From assembly GCA_036785375.1 (NCBI GenBank), contig JAWMAR010000201.1, positions 992,001 to 1,056,000 of the forward strand: 64,000 nucleotides of DNA, read 5' to 3'. How positions within the stretch are numbered: position 1 is the stretch's first letter; the number at the start of each line of letters is the position of its first letter. Both the position numbers and the translations under genes were made by a program. Origin of the DNA: Leucoraja ocellata (lineage: Eukaryota). Positions 38,001 through 49,230 of the stretch are shown here, piece by piece. The notes below the pieces were generated by a model, which saw only the letters and a program-made list of their open reading frames with translations, did not search any database and was not told the DNA's origin.

Positions 38001-41000
38001 GAACAGCCACCACAGCGGAATGTGAGAATCCCCTGGGCGGCACAGTATAAGTCGAGACCCACAGCCATCAGTTCAATGTCCGGGCCACACACACACGCTC
38101 CTTCAGCGTGATGTGACTAGAGTTGTACCGACCGATGTCACTCTCTCTGCAGTCCCTGTCTGCCCGAACAGTGAGAAAGCCGTCTGCACTCGCACCAGAC
38201 TCTAGGATCCAGGGGCGCGACATCCCTGCAAACATTGAGACCACCGCACTCACGGCAATCCCCACCAGTGCAGGCAGCATCAATCTTGTTTTCGGTGACC
38301 TGGCACTCCTCACTGTGATGGAAGGCGAGTAACTTTTTCCTTCTTCCTCCTTTTCTCCAGGAGGAAACATCCGCAGTCGGGGTGATCGAAGCTCCCGGAG
38401 TCGGCGATTGAAGCCCCCGCAACGGGGCAATCGAGGCTCTCGCGATCGGGGCGGCCAAAGCTCCTGCAGCTGGACTCCCCGAAGTCGGTCCCTAACAAAG
38501 GGACCGCCAGCTCCACAATGTTCGACCGCAGAGATACGATTCGGAAAAAGTTGCATCTCCGTCGGGAGAAGAGATTAAAAATGTTTCCCCCATCATCCCA
38601 CATAATACAAAAATTTAAGATTAACTAAAACATACAAATAAAACTGACTAAAAACCAAAGATAAAAACAACAAAGAAGAAAGGGACAAGACTGGCTGTTG
38701 GCGAGGTTGCCTCTCACAGCGCCACCCGGTGATCTTATAGAGGTGTATAAGACCATGAGAGGAATAGATCATGTAAATGCACAGAGTTTCTAGCTCAGAG
38801 TAGGTGAATCGAGGACCAGAGGACATAGGTTTAAGGTGTAGAGGAAAAGATTTAATAGGAATCTGAGGGGCAACTTTTTCACAGGTGGTTGTTTGGAATA
38901 AGCTGCCAGAGGAGGTAGTTGAGGCAGTGACTATCCCAAATCATTTAAGAAGCAATTAGACAGGCACATGGATAGGACAGGTTTGGAGGGATATGGACCA
39001 AATTCTGGCAGGTGGGACTCGTGTAGCTGGGACCTGTTTGGGCAAGATGGGCAGAAGGGCCTGTTTCCACACTCAATTACTCTATGACATGTGACAATAA
39101 TAAATGAAACTAAACTTATTTAGACATAACTTTTGTAAACGTCACATTATTTGCTCGAGAGATTTCGGCCTATCAAGAAAGGAAATAGACGTTTACACAA
39201 AAAAGCTGGAGAAACTCAGCGGGTGCAGCAGCATCTATGGAGCGAAGGAAATAGGCAACGTTTCGGGCCGAAACCCTTCTTCAGACGGAAATAGACGTGT
39301 CCTTTTCTAAATGAAAGAGTCTTACCAGTTGATGAAGGAACTCTTGCCAGCCGAATGATTTCCCATCAGCATAATGGTGATCTTCTTCCTTGGAGCCAGG
39401 AGACTGAGTCCCAACTGGCTGGCGATGTGCACAAGTCCTGTCAATAGCAGAATGATGTGATCATTTCATTTAATATCATCTTTAACAAGAGTTGATTGGC
39501 TGATTAGTGCACTTATATTGTTAATTCCTCCACCTGTATCACCATCAATATCTGTATCTTTTTGAAGAAAAGAAACCAATATACATATACTTGAAATGCG
39601 ATATATTAACAAAATGCTGACACCACTGGACAGTTCCACTACTGGCAACTGTGGGGGGAAGAAGTGAAAATGTCAATAATACTCTCATTGATTAGAACGT
39701 TAACTTTATTTCTCTCTCCACAGATGCCACCTGACCTGCTCGACATTTGTCAATATTTTCTGATCTACTTCACACTTGTGAATCCATGACATTCATCACA
39801 TGTCAATACCCAATTTTCTGTCTCACTTCCATGTTACCGGTTCCATTTACATTCTCCAACTCTAAGTATCATTTTTTTTAAAAGCTGCCTTCCTCACGCT
39901 GTAAGGTTCATTCATACTGACTCGGTCGGAGAATTCACTTGTAACTCCGATAAAGGGACATAATGTGCTGGAGTACCTCAGCATGTCAAGCAGCATCTCT
40001 GGAGAACATGGACATGTGATGTTTACGGCCCAGACCCTTCTTTAGTTTAGTTTAGTTTATTATTGTGATATGTTCTGAGGTACAGTGAAAAGCTTTTGTA
40101 TGTGTGTTATGCAGTCAAAGAAAATACTAAACGTGAATACAATCAAACCGTACAGTGCACAGATAAAGATAAAGTGCAAAGACTGATGCGCTGTCATCTA
40201 ACTCTCACTTCCTCATGTTTCAAATCGCATCCCACACTTTGCTCCTTGAATAGCTATCCTATTTATTCTGAGTATATCGTTATTTACTCATTTAATTTGC
40301 GAAGGTCTTCCGCCTATCACTCAGTTCAGAAATCAAACGTTAATACCTTCCTTCACTCCAATTCCTTAGGGTAATCCATTCAATTGTTCCAAGAATGAAA
40401 CTCCCTTTTCTTCACATCTTGACACCACTTCTATGACCTTACTCTGTAAATTTTGTGAATCCACGCTGAATATCTTATTCTCACTTTTTGCTCTGGGAAT
40501 ATCACTTCCATTTTCTTACTCAGAGTGCTGCATGGATTCAGTCTGAGAATGTCACTCAAATTCATTGCTGAGAATCTCATTCCCATCATCCACATTCTCT
40601 ATTCTATGAACCTTGCTTCCAACTGCTCTGTGAGCATATAAATTCCTTTTGTTGATTTCCTATGAGTTGATCACTCTATATATTGTTGTATTTGTCTAAA
40701 AAGATAAATTTTAATCCCTCACTTAAATCGTTCTCTGACGGAAAAAGCATCACTCCCATTTCCTCGCCCTTGAACTTTATTACCTTGCATCACAGTGAGG
40801 AATGTGGATTCCGCTGTGGTGGATGTTTATGTTAAATTTTATTTTATGTGGCTGCGTGTATTGTTGCTTTTTAATTTGTATGGCTGTAAAGTAACTCAAA
40901 TATCACTATGCCATTATTGGTACATGTGACAATAAATTCGAACTCGAACTTGAACTTGAATCATGCTCCCCTTATTCCTTCTGAGGGCAAGAGAGCTTTC

Positions 41001-43795
41001 CTGTTATCATTATTTCATGCAGAGAATGACATTCGTATCTCCTTAGTCTTCAGCGTTAAAAAGTTCACTCCCATTTTTTCACGCTGTGAATCTCATTCGC
41101 ATCACAAAACTCTGTAAACTTCACTTTTTCTGATAGAGAATATCAATATCATACTGCATTCCCACTCGCTTCCTCGGATAGTCTTGCGTCCACTCCATTA
41201 AATTGAGTGCCCCACATTTATTTTCCCTTACTGAGCAATTTCCTAATTTTGTTATTTCCACTTACCTTCCTGCACTGAGAATATCACTCCTAATTCATTA
41301 CTTAGAGAACCTATTCTATTCTATTCTATCTATTAGAAACATAGAAACATAGAAAATATGTGCAGTAGTAGGCCATTCGGCCCTTCGAGCCTGCACCGCC
41401 ATTCAAAATAATCATGGCTGATCATCCAACTCAGTATCCTGTACCAGCCTTCTCTCCATACCCCATGATCCCTTTAGCCACAAGGGCCACATCTAACTCC
41501 CTCTTAAATATAGCCAATGAACTCGCCTCAACTACCTTCTGTGGCAAGGAGTTCCCGAGATTCACGACTCTCTGTGTGAAAAATGTTTTTCATATCTCGG
41601 TCCTAAAGGATTTCCCCTTTTTCCTTAAACTGTGACTCCTTGTCCTGGACTTCCCCAACATCGGGAACAATCTTCCTGCATCTATCCTGTCCAACCCCTT
41701 AAGAATTTTGTAAGTTTCTATGAGATCCCCCCTCAATCTTCTAAATTCTAGCGAGTACAGCCAAGTCTATCCAGTCTTTCTTCATATGAAAGTCCTGACA
41801 TCCCAGAAATGCAGGCAGGTGAGATTAGTGTAGATGGTGCACCTTGGCCGGCCTGGACAAAGTGGGCCGAAGGCACTGTTTCTGTGCTGTGTGACTCCAT
41901 CCTGTACTCCTTCTCGTCCTCGTTTGTGATTCAGCCCATCACAATGGTGTCATCTGCAAACGTAGAAGGGGGTAGAGACGATTTTGGCTGGACAGTCATG
42001 AGTATATAGGGAGTAGAGTTATGCATTGAAAATACATCCTTGCCGGGCACCAGTGTTCACTCTTCTAAAATGTGGACCAACAACTAAATTGCACGCTCAG
42101 TCCACCATCCTGTGAATTGAGAACATAGAACAGTACAGCGCAAGAACAGGCCCTTAGGCCCACAATGTCTGTGTCGAACATGGTGCCAAGGCCATCAATT
42201 ATCTACCTGCACATAACCCATATTGATCCATGCCCTGCATATCCATATGCCTATCGAAATGTATTTTACATGTCACTAAGTTAGGTGCTTCAAACACTTT
42301 TCCCGGCAGCACGTTCCAGACATTCAGCACTCTGTTTAAACACCTTGCCCCGCACATCTCTTTTAAACTATGTCCCTCTCACCTTAAATCTAGCATTTGC
42401 TTTCCTCATTCTGTAAATATTATTCCGAGTCCGCCCATGTGACCCCATGGATTTTCTCCGGGTGCTCCGGTTTCCTGCCACATTCCAAAGATGTACAGCT
42501 TTGTTGGCTTCTAAAAATTGTAAATTGTCCCTATTGTGTACAAAGTGATTGCTGGTAGGTTTGGACTCGGTGGGCTGAAGGGTCTGTTTCCATGCTGTGC
42601 AGGATCTCTAAAGGAAAATAAAGCTAAAGATACAACAAGAATTTCACCACTATTCCCTCTCAATTAGAATGTGATTTTCACGATTCAACCATGACACTAA
42701 TTCCCATTTGCTCTTTCTGATGAGCTTGTGCTCATTCTGAAATTATGAGCTGTGCTTCCATTCCCTGCATCAAAGCTTGTTGCCATTACCCCTCAATATT
42801 TTGCATTACTTCGCCTAAATTGTAAATATCTCACTGTTCCCTAACTGTGATAATTATATTCCATAATTTGCCTAAAGTAATTCGCATTGCCCGATTTAGA
42901 GAATCTCCAGCATTCCCAGTCATTAAAGCTCACTCGTATTAATTTGCTCTAGCGCAACTCGATCCCCCAAATTTGACCATCTCATCCCCGTTCTCTCTTT
43001 CTCCGGAAATCTCCCCATCATTACTGCACTTTGAAGCATTGAGATCCAAATGTGAACAGAGATTCATTCCTAGATCTGCAGTCTGAGAATCTCAGAATTC
43101 CTGTCTCAGATATTCGCTCATATTTCCTCAATTAGAAACATAATGCAAATCTTATTCTTATCCCATCTGATTGGAAAATACTGTCCAATTTCCTCATTGA
43201 GAATCTTCCTCCAATTTCCTCTATTGTGTAAACAATAACACTGTTCTCTGTAAATATTATTCCCAACGCCCTTCTTTGTTGTCTAGCTGTGCCTAGATCA
43301 CAGGACGTGAGTGAGATATAGTGGTGGGAGAGGGGTAGGTGGCCACTTGTATATCTAAGAGAACAAAACAAAATAATTGAATGTTCCATAAGGATCAACT
43401 TAACATTGGTATATGCATGATAAGTGATTTTGTTCATAGGAGAGGGAGGAAAAGAGAGAGAGAGATAGAGATGAAGGGAGCACACGGCAGACAGTTCAAC
43501 AAAATGGAAATGTACAAAATGAAATTGGTGCCAAATCTAACATGTTGAAACCCGAGAGCAACGTGACAGATAATGCAAAAATAGAGCTGTTGATTACTGA
43601 TGTTCACACAGGCGCACTGTGGAAGGACTGCACTACGGGCTATAAATATACTTATTTTATTATGTTGCCAACGTACATACCGCACTCAGAGTCCATATAC
43701 AGCAAGTGACATTGCCTCAGGATCTTCTCATTAATGGAGAGACACATATTTTCCAAAGTGTTTGAACACATTCGCAGGTTCAAACTTCCTGACAT
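20018..43795 (-). CDS. EHD/sarcalumenin-related dynamin-superfamily P-loop NTPase with two C-terminal TM segments (12 exons, 449 aa)
   Basis: Exons 43681-43795, 39326-39437, 33386-33479, 32254-32308, 30540-30680, 29744-29904, 28269-28367, 27092-27237, 24086-24257, 22510-22622, 20284-20368, 20018-20074. All introns GT-AG with matching phases; sum 1350 nt, no internal stop. G1 GNHSAGKS, G3 DTPG, G4 SKAD. Confidence 0.9.
20284..20368 (-). CDS. NTPase exon 11 (TKPKLSRKERKRLQVNLDYVQSTLFQKK)
   Basis: AG/GT flanks, phase 2 to 0. Confidence 0.8.
22510..22622 (-). CDS. NTPase exon 10 (second TM, GGSYLLGLIILIGFMVVS)
   Basis: Long polypyrimidine tract plus AG; phase 0 to 2. Confidence 0.8.
24086..24257 (-). 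CDS. NTPase exon 9 (first hydrophobic segment)
   Basis: Phase 2 to 0; IFFSSSAFLVPLTLLTSFII. Confidence 0.8.
27092..27237 (-). CDS. NTPase exon 8 (helical stalk, PSRCVNQIQEVC...QQQLKES)
   Basis: AG/GT flanks, phase 0 to 2. Confidence 0.88.
28269..28367 (-). CDS. NTPase exon 7 (RVMMQIVQELCKRPGLNKCGFDMPTIYIP)
   Basis: AG/GT flanks, phase 0 to 0. Confidence 0.9.
28895..29695 (-). mobile_element. Degraded CR1 LINE fragment in NTPase intron 6
   Basis: WQMEYSIAKCGVMHFGSSNK motif and CR1 3' UTR. Confidence 0.7.
29744..29904 (-). CDS. NTPase exon 6 (FFDPMGQALCKRTL...SKADEAG)
   Basis: AG/GT flanks, phase 1 to 0. Confidence 0.9.
30540..30680 (-). CDS. NTPase exon 5 (FIDTPGLVDGDM)
   Basis: AG/GT flanks, phase 1 to 1. 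Confidence 0.9.
32254..32308 (-). CDS. NTPase exon 4 (GKATLHLYPHFQALEQIR)
   Basis: AG/GT flanks, phase 0 to 1. Confidence 0.85.
32840..33185 (+). mobile_element. Degraded CR1 3' end
   Basis: GTGGTGAATCTGTG...GATCAGCCATGATTGAATGGC...GGCCTAATTCTG. Confidence 0.7.
33386..33479 (-). CDS. NTPase exon 3 (YIEEHIQKTGVATETQGFTFITSGKKRESLT)
   Basis: AG/GT flanks, phase 2 to 0. Confidence 0.9.
33960..34325. repeat. C-rich low-complexity tract (resumes at 37611-37770)
   Basis: CCCACAACCCCCC-type motifs on both sides of 34326-37610. Confidence 0.8.
34463..34493. mobile_element. 31-bp palindromic hAT-like mini-element with 8-bp TSD
   Basis: ATCCAAAG|CAAAGATTATAGAGCTCCGCTATAATCTTTG|ATCCAAAG. Confidence 0.7.
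34879..35025. other. Assembly gap (preceded by a TA/CATA microsatellite)
   Basis: Run of N. Confidence 1.
35040..36034 (+). mobile_element. Young CR1 LINE 3' part (RT C-terminus, 3' UTR, TTTCTATG tail)
   Basis: ISKFADDTKLGG, WQMQYNVDKCEVIHFG, LVRPHLEYCVQFWSP, VQRRFTRLIPG; single frameshift near 35730. Confidence 0.95.
36560..36866. repeat. GA-rich low-complexity / GGGAGAAGGGGGACA minisatellite
   Basis: Direct inspection. Confidence 0.9.
37894..38727 (-). mobile_element. Non-autonomous retroelement inserted in a CR1 (TSD GGTGATCTT), carrying a Rex1/Babar endonuclease fragment
   Basis: Homologous to 44709-45370; duplication at 37885-37893 and 38728-38736; 38030-38305 encodes a DGFLTVRADRDCRES...HITLKERVC-like APE sequence. 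Confidence 0.65.
39326..39437 (-). CDS. NTPase exon 2 (P-loop GNHSAGKSSFINW)
   Basis: AG/GT flanks, phase 1 to 2. Confidence 0.9.
40190..43270. repeat. Highly diverged ~30-bp tandem repeat (core CTGAGAATMTCACTCCCAT), interrupted by CR1/SINE
   Basis: Variants at 40491, 40541, 40567, 41083, 41274, 43081, 43197 and others. Confidence 0.5.
41335..41807 (-). mobile_element. CR1 LINE 3' end
   Basis: Close reverse-complement match to 35560-36034. Confidence 0.9.
43681..43795 (-). CDS. NTPase exon 1 (MSGSLNL...INEKILRQCHLLYMDSEC)
   Basis: ATG at 43795; phase-1 donor G|GTATGT. Confidence 0.75.
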
Positions 43796-43924
43796 TGCTG
43801 AGGGTTGGAGTACTGCAGCCTGCCTCGGTTAGCTGACTTGTCCATGTAAGGTAGCAGGCGGAGTTACATGTTCACGTGTGAGTGACTGCATAGGTTGGAA
43901 CTGTTTTCCCTTGAACAAGGGTGA

Positions 43925-44706
43925 GCATGTTCACATGTTCATGTCATAGGAACTGAATTAGGTCATTCAGCCCATCAAGTCTATTCCGTCATTCAATGGT
44001 GGCTCATCCACCTTTCCCTCTCAACCCCAATACCCCTGCCTTCTCCCTTTAACGCTTGACACCCTTACTAATCGGGAATCTGTCAATCTCCATCTTAACA
44101 ATAACTTGTCCATCTTAACAATAACTTACCCGTCTATGGCAATTAAATCCACGGATTCACCACCCACTGACTAAAGAAATTCCTAATTTCCTTTCTAAAG
44201 GCACATCCTTTTATTCTGAGACTATGCCCTGGCCCTAGACTTTCCCACATCTGCTCCACATCCGCTCTATCCAGGCTTTTCACTATTCAGTAAGATTCAA
44301 TGAGGTCCCCCCTTATCCCCTTAAAAATTAGCGAGTACAGACACACTGCAAGCAAATGCTCATCATACGTTAACCCAATCATCCCTGAGATTATTCTCCT
44401 AAACCTCCTCTGGACCCTCTCCAACGCCAGCTCATCCTTCCTCAGAAATGGGGCCAAAAACTGCTCAGTACTCCAAAAGCGGTCTGACCAGTGGCTTATA
44501 AAGCGGAAGCATTACTTCCCTGTTTTTATATTATAGTCCACTCGGAATAAATGCTAGCATGGCTTTTACCTTCCTTTCTACCGATTCAACGTAAATTGAC
44601 TTTTTGGGAACACTGCACAAGCACTCTCTAGTCACTTTGCACCTCCGAATTTTGAATCCTCTCACCATTTAGAAAATAGTCTACGTCTTTATGCCTACCA
44701 AAATGC
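43925..44706 (-). mobile_element. Degraded CR1 LINE fragment
   Basis: Same 3' UTR and ORF2 end as 28895-29695. Confidence 0.7.
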
Positions 44707-44708
44707 AC

Positions 44709-45370
44709 CGGGTGGCGCCGTACAATGGCAGCCTCACCAGCAGTCTCTCGTCCTTTTCTTTCTCTGTTGTTTTTAGTATGTTGTTAAATTTAAGTTTTTG
44801 TGTATTTTTAGCTTTGTATTATCTGGTGATTGGGGGGAGACGGTGGGGGGCTGGGGAGTGGGGTTGGGGGTGGGGGAAACTTTTTAAAATCTCATTCCTC
44901 GACGGAGATGCAATTTTTTCCGTATCGTACCTCCGTCCACGATGCAGCCTGACATCGAGGAGCTGGCGGCCTCTTGCTGGGGATCATCTTTGGGAGCTCC
45001 AACTGTTGGAGCCTGTGGATTTAACATCGTGGAGCTGGGAACCGCTTGGTCAGGGACCGACTTCGGGAGCTTCGACCGCCCCAATCGCGGCAGCTTCGAT
45101 CGCTCCGACGCGGGAGCTTCAATTGCCGGCTACGGGTGCTTTAATCGCCCCAACTGCGAATGGTTCGACTGCCCCTTCCGCGGGAGAATAAGGAGGAGAA
45201 GAAGATAAGACTTTATTGCCTTCCATCACAGTGAGGAATGTGCGGGAGCCACTGTGGTGGATGTCTATGTTAACTTTCATGTAGTTGTGTGTGTTGTTAT
45301 TTTCTGGTATGACTGTATGATACTGGAAATCAAATTTCACTGGTGCACATGACAATAAAGGACCATTGAA
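44709..45370 (+). mobile_element. Non-autonomous retroelement (second copy of the 37894-38727 family)
   Basis: Starts GGGTGGCGCC, ends ...CATGACAATAAA; splits the flanking CR1. Confidence 0.6.
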
Positions 45371-45389
45371 TCTTTGATTCCACAATTTG

Positions 45390-46330
45390 CTACCTACACA
45401 AATGTTGGAGTGACTCATCAGATCAGGCAGCATCTCTGGAGAGAAGGGTGATGTTTTGGGTTAAGGCCCTTCTTCAGCCTGAGAGTCAGGGAAGAGGGAG
45501 ACGGAGAAATGGAAGGGCAAGGGCTCAGATTTCTGCTTTCATCAGAGAACATTCCCTCCACAACTCCCTGGTTAACTCATCCCTCCCAAGATATTTTCCT
45601 CTGCAACTGCAGGAGATGTAACCTATACCTCCTCCCTCAACTCTATCCAAGGACCCTGATAGTCTTTTCAGGTGAGGCAGAGGTTCAATTACACCTCCTC
45701 CAACCTCATCTACTGTATCCGCTGTTCCAGGAGTGGATTCCTATATATCGGCAAGACCAAGCACAGGCTCGGCGATTGTTTCACTGACCGCCTCTGCTCA
45801 GTCCGCCTAGGCCTACGTGATCTCACAATTGCTTTAACCCCACTCATTCCCATACTAAACTTTCTGTCCTAGACCTCCTCCACTGTCAGAGTGAGACCCA
45901 ACACAAATTGGAGGAACAACTACTCATATTTCGCTTGAGCAGCTTATAACCCAGTGGTATGAATATTGATTTCTGACTTCGTAACCCTTGATATCCCTCT
46001 CTCTCTGTGCCTCCCCATCCTAGTTCTCAGACTCCTTTCACTGACCTCCTGATTAAATTTTACTCATTGTATGGCCAGTTGTCACCTTTCCCTCAGCTAA
46101 CAATGAACCATTTTACATTTTCCTTGAACATTGTTCCCTTTTACCTGTTTTCACACTTTAACCTCTAAATCCCTATGTCTCCCTTTTTCCTGACTCTCAG
46201 TCTTAAGAAGGATTTTGACCCGATGTGTCATCCATTCCTTCTCTCCGGAGATGCTGCCTGCCCCGCTGTTACTCCAACATTTTGTGTCTATCTTTGGTGT
46301 AAATCAGCATTTGCAGTTCCTTCCTACACC
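45390..46330 (+). mobile_element. Penelope-like element fragment (GIY-YIG endonuclease plus terminal repeat)
   Basis: YTSSNLIYCIRCSRSGFLYIGKTKHRLGDCF. Confidence 0.8.
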
Positions 46331-46393
46331 TTGACCATACTTGGATTACTTTCTCTGCAGCGTTCAAGGCACATGGGAGACCTGATAGAAGTA

Positions 46394-47542
46394 TAGGGTG
46401 ATTTCACGAAAGGTCACTGGATCATAGATCCTCACCCACGTGACCGCAAAATCCAACTGGGGTAGAAACGTCACTTCCGGTACATGTTAATGATGCTGAA
46501 AACACAAACTTTCAAACCTGTTAAAAACCGCGAAAACGGCCCGTTTTTGAGCTATAAATAACTGTGCCAGTCGGGGTGACCGCAAGACACAGTTATCTTA
46601 CTTTAGAGTCCAGAAGATAAAGAAAAACGAAGGTAAAGACAAAAGAGCGCTGCAGGGAAAATAACAGCGGAAGTTGTTGACCGTGCAGATATAAAGATCG
46701 AAAATATCGGGAATTATCGCGTTTGCTCACTGCATTTCATCAAAACTAAAGCATTATTGATGTTTTGATGAAATGCAGTGAGCAAACGCGATAATTCCCG
46801 ATATTTTCGATCTTTATCCAGGAAACGCCGCTCCAGACTGCCGGTAGGCCGCGAGGAAGGGGCAACTTACCAGGATTTGGGGCAGCACAATGGCATAACA
46901 GTGGAGTTTCTGCCAAACAGTGTTAGAGAGACAGGTTGAATCCTGACCTCATGAGCTGTCTGGTCAAAGTTTTGAGGAGTATGATGATGCTACTGATTTT
47001 GATATGCCAATGTACCAGCTAGCAACTGATCTTCTCCATAAAGTCGTGGTCTTTTGCTAGAAATTGTCATTTTTGTACCTGTGTTACGGACTTACAGCAT
47101 GTAATACAATAATATTAAAGTTCTGATCTTGAGAATATCACATTTTTGAATTTTCAAGGCAGTCTTGGTATTTATTATTATTTCCGTCACAACGATCAAT
47201 TTTGGAATTTTACTACTATTAGGTAACTAACTAATTACATGCTTTAATTTCAGGTGAACCAAGTAAGATGTTTCATATTTGTTTCAGAATGCTTCAATCT
47301 ATAATAACTGTAAATTTCATTCAGTTCTTTTAATTTTTAAGAAAGTTATGGGATTTTCACTGTCCTTGATCACAGCTTTTGTGTTAAGTCAATGGAAAAG
47401 CAATAGGGAACAAGATGCTAATTTCGAGTATGAAAACGATGTAAAGTAAATTCGGTATCAAATTAAAGTTATTTTAAGCTTTATTTGATGGGGTGAATTA
47501 CAGGCTTGATTTTTAAAATCTCAAAATTTTGTAACATTACTA
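46394..47542 (+). mobile_element. Non-autonomous DNA-transposon-like element with an internal fold-back
   Basis: Starts TAGGGTGATTTCACGAAAGG, interrupting a CR1 remnant; CpG-rich 5' part, AT-rich 3' part. Family not established. Confidence 0.4.
46691..46817. repeat. Perfect 56-bp inverted repeat, 15-nt spacer
   Basis: 46691-46746 is the exact reverse complement of 46762-46817. Confidence 0.95.
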
Positions 47543-48004
47543 ATTCTTGTTTCTCCAATTTCTCCAATTAACATCCATTTACAAATCAGGATTACAAATG
47601 GGGGGGAAAATCATCACCACACTGATATTTATCTCGGTGCAGCGTAGCCATTCAAGGGTCAAGAGAGCAGATTCTAAGCTTGGAATCCCAAGACGGTATG
47701 TTTACAAAATTTATGATCCGTTTCAAGTGGAGAATGGCCCAGTAAACTCCAGGGAGAAGGCTATGCTGACGTCAAAGGTCATTCTTTTAAGGCGACTTGA
47801 ATTGTTCACTTTATTAGCTTTTTCGCCCACGCAAAAAGCTCTGCTCTATAATCTTTGGTCCACTCGACGAAAAAGACGTAGTACACTCATGGGCAGATTC
47901 ATGGGTAATTTAAGACCCCCATTTCCGTGTTTAAGAAGGAACTGCAGATGCTGGAAAATCGAAGGTACACAAAAAAGCTGGAGAAACTCAGCGGGTGCAG
48001 CAGC

Positions 48005-48487
48005 ATAATAATAATAATAATAATAATATCTTTCATTGTCATTGTACGTCAGTGCAATGAGATTTAGTATGCAGCTCCAACCGATGCAAAAGAAAAGTAA
48101 AATAAATAAATAAGCTGTGTGACGTGACCATCCGAGGGAGACAGTCCAGGGGGGGTGGGGGGCACTCAGCAGGGCCGGTTCAGAGACGCTTTAGCTCTTG
48201 GAATAAAGCTGTTTCTGAGTCTGGAGGTTCGGGCGTAGAAGGCCTTGTAACGTCTGCCAGAGGGAAGTGGTTCAAACCGTCCGTTACAGGGGTGTGATGA
48301 GTCTTTATGGATGCTGACGGCCTTCCTGAGGCACCGTGTGTGGTAGATGCCCTCCAAGGCTGGTAGCTCTGTCCCAATGATCCTCTGCGCTCTGTGGACG
48401 ACGCGCTGAAGAGCTCTCCTCTCCGCCTCCGTGCAGCTGAGATACCACACAGAGATGCAATACGTTAATATGCTCTCTGTGGTACAG
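48005..48487 (-). mobile_element. Rex1/Babar LINE 3' end with (TTA)n tail
   Basis: WYLSCTEAERRALQRVVHRAQRIIG...LPSGRRYKAFYARTSRLRNSFIP. Confidence 0.85.
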
Positions 48488-48899
48488 CGAAGGAAATAGG
48501 CAACGTTTTGGGCCTGAAGGAGGGTTTCGGCCCGAAACGTTGCCTATTTCCTTCGCTCCATAGACGCTGCTGCACCCGCTGAGTTTCTCCAGCATTTTTT
48601 GTGTACCCCCCCATTTCAGTAACCGGCTTCTGTCTCCGCACCAAAGATCCCATAGGATAATAGTGCGGAGACGGAAGCCGGTTACGGAAACAACCTCGTA
48701 AAATTAAAAGTTGTTTGGTAAAATCTTCTCCATATTTTCAGAATTTTAATTTATTAACACAAACTGTTGCCCCGCAACGTTGATTACACTGCGAGTCGGG
48801 TCGGGTCGGGTTACGGGAATGGATGAAAAAAAAGGCTCACGTCACGTTACGTTGCGTTGCGTACTATAGGATATTCACCCCCCATCTAATCCAAACCAG

Positions 48900-49230
48900 T
48901 TCCACCGCCCGGACCGCAAAGGCGACTGCGTGGCGGCGTCCACTAGGTTAGTCTGACTTCACCCAGTCAGCCAATGGAAGGTCCGAATACATCGGGTGCA
49001 CTTTGAAGGAAACCATGGGTGTGTTGTCGCGCGCATGCTCAGTTGGGTTGTGAAGGCGGAAGAGGTGCCTATTTTTTTCGTTCGAAGAGAAAATATTGTT
49101 GTCTGCAGCTTGTTCGATTCTCGGAGGCGGGCCCATATTGGGCCCGAGTCTCCTCCGTCAGTTAGTGTTCGTCAGACGTGCGGTGACGGTCGTGAGAAGG
49201 GAGTGTGTGTGGGCATGAAGCGAAAAAGGT
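48900..49230 (+). promoter_or_regulatory. CpG-rich promoter and probable first exon
   Basis: CCAAT (48971), NRF1-like GCGCATGC (49031), ETS GGCGGAAG (49055), GC box (49126), donor AAG|GTAGGA at 49229. Confidence 0.6.
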
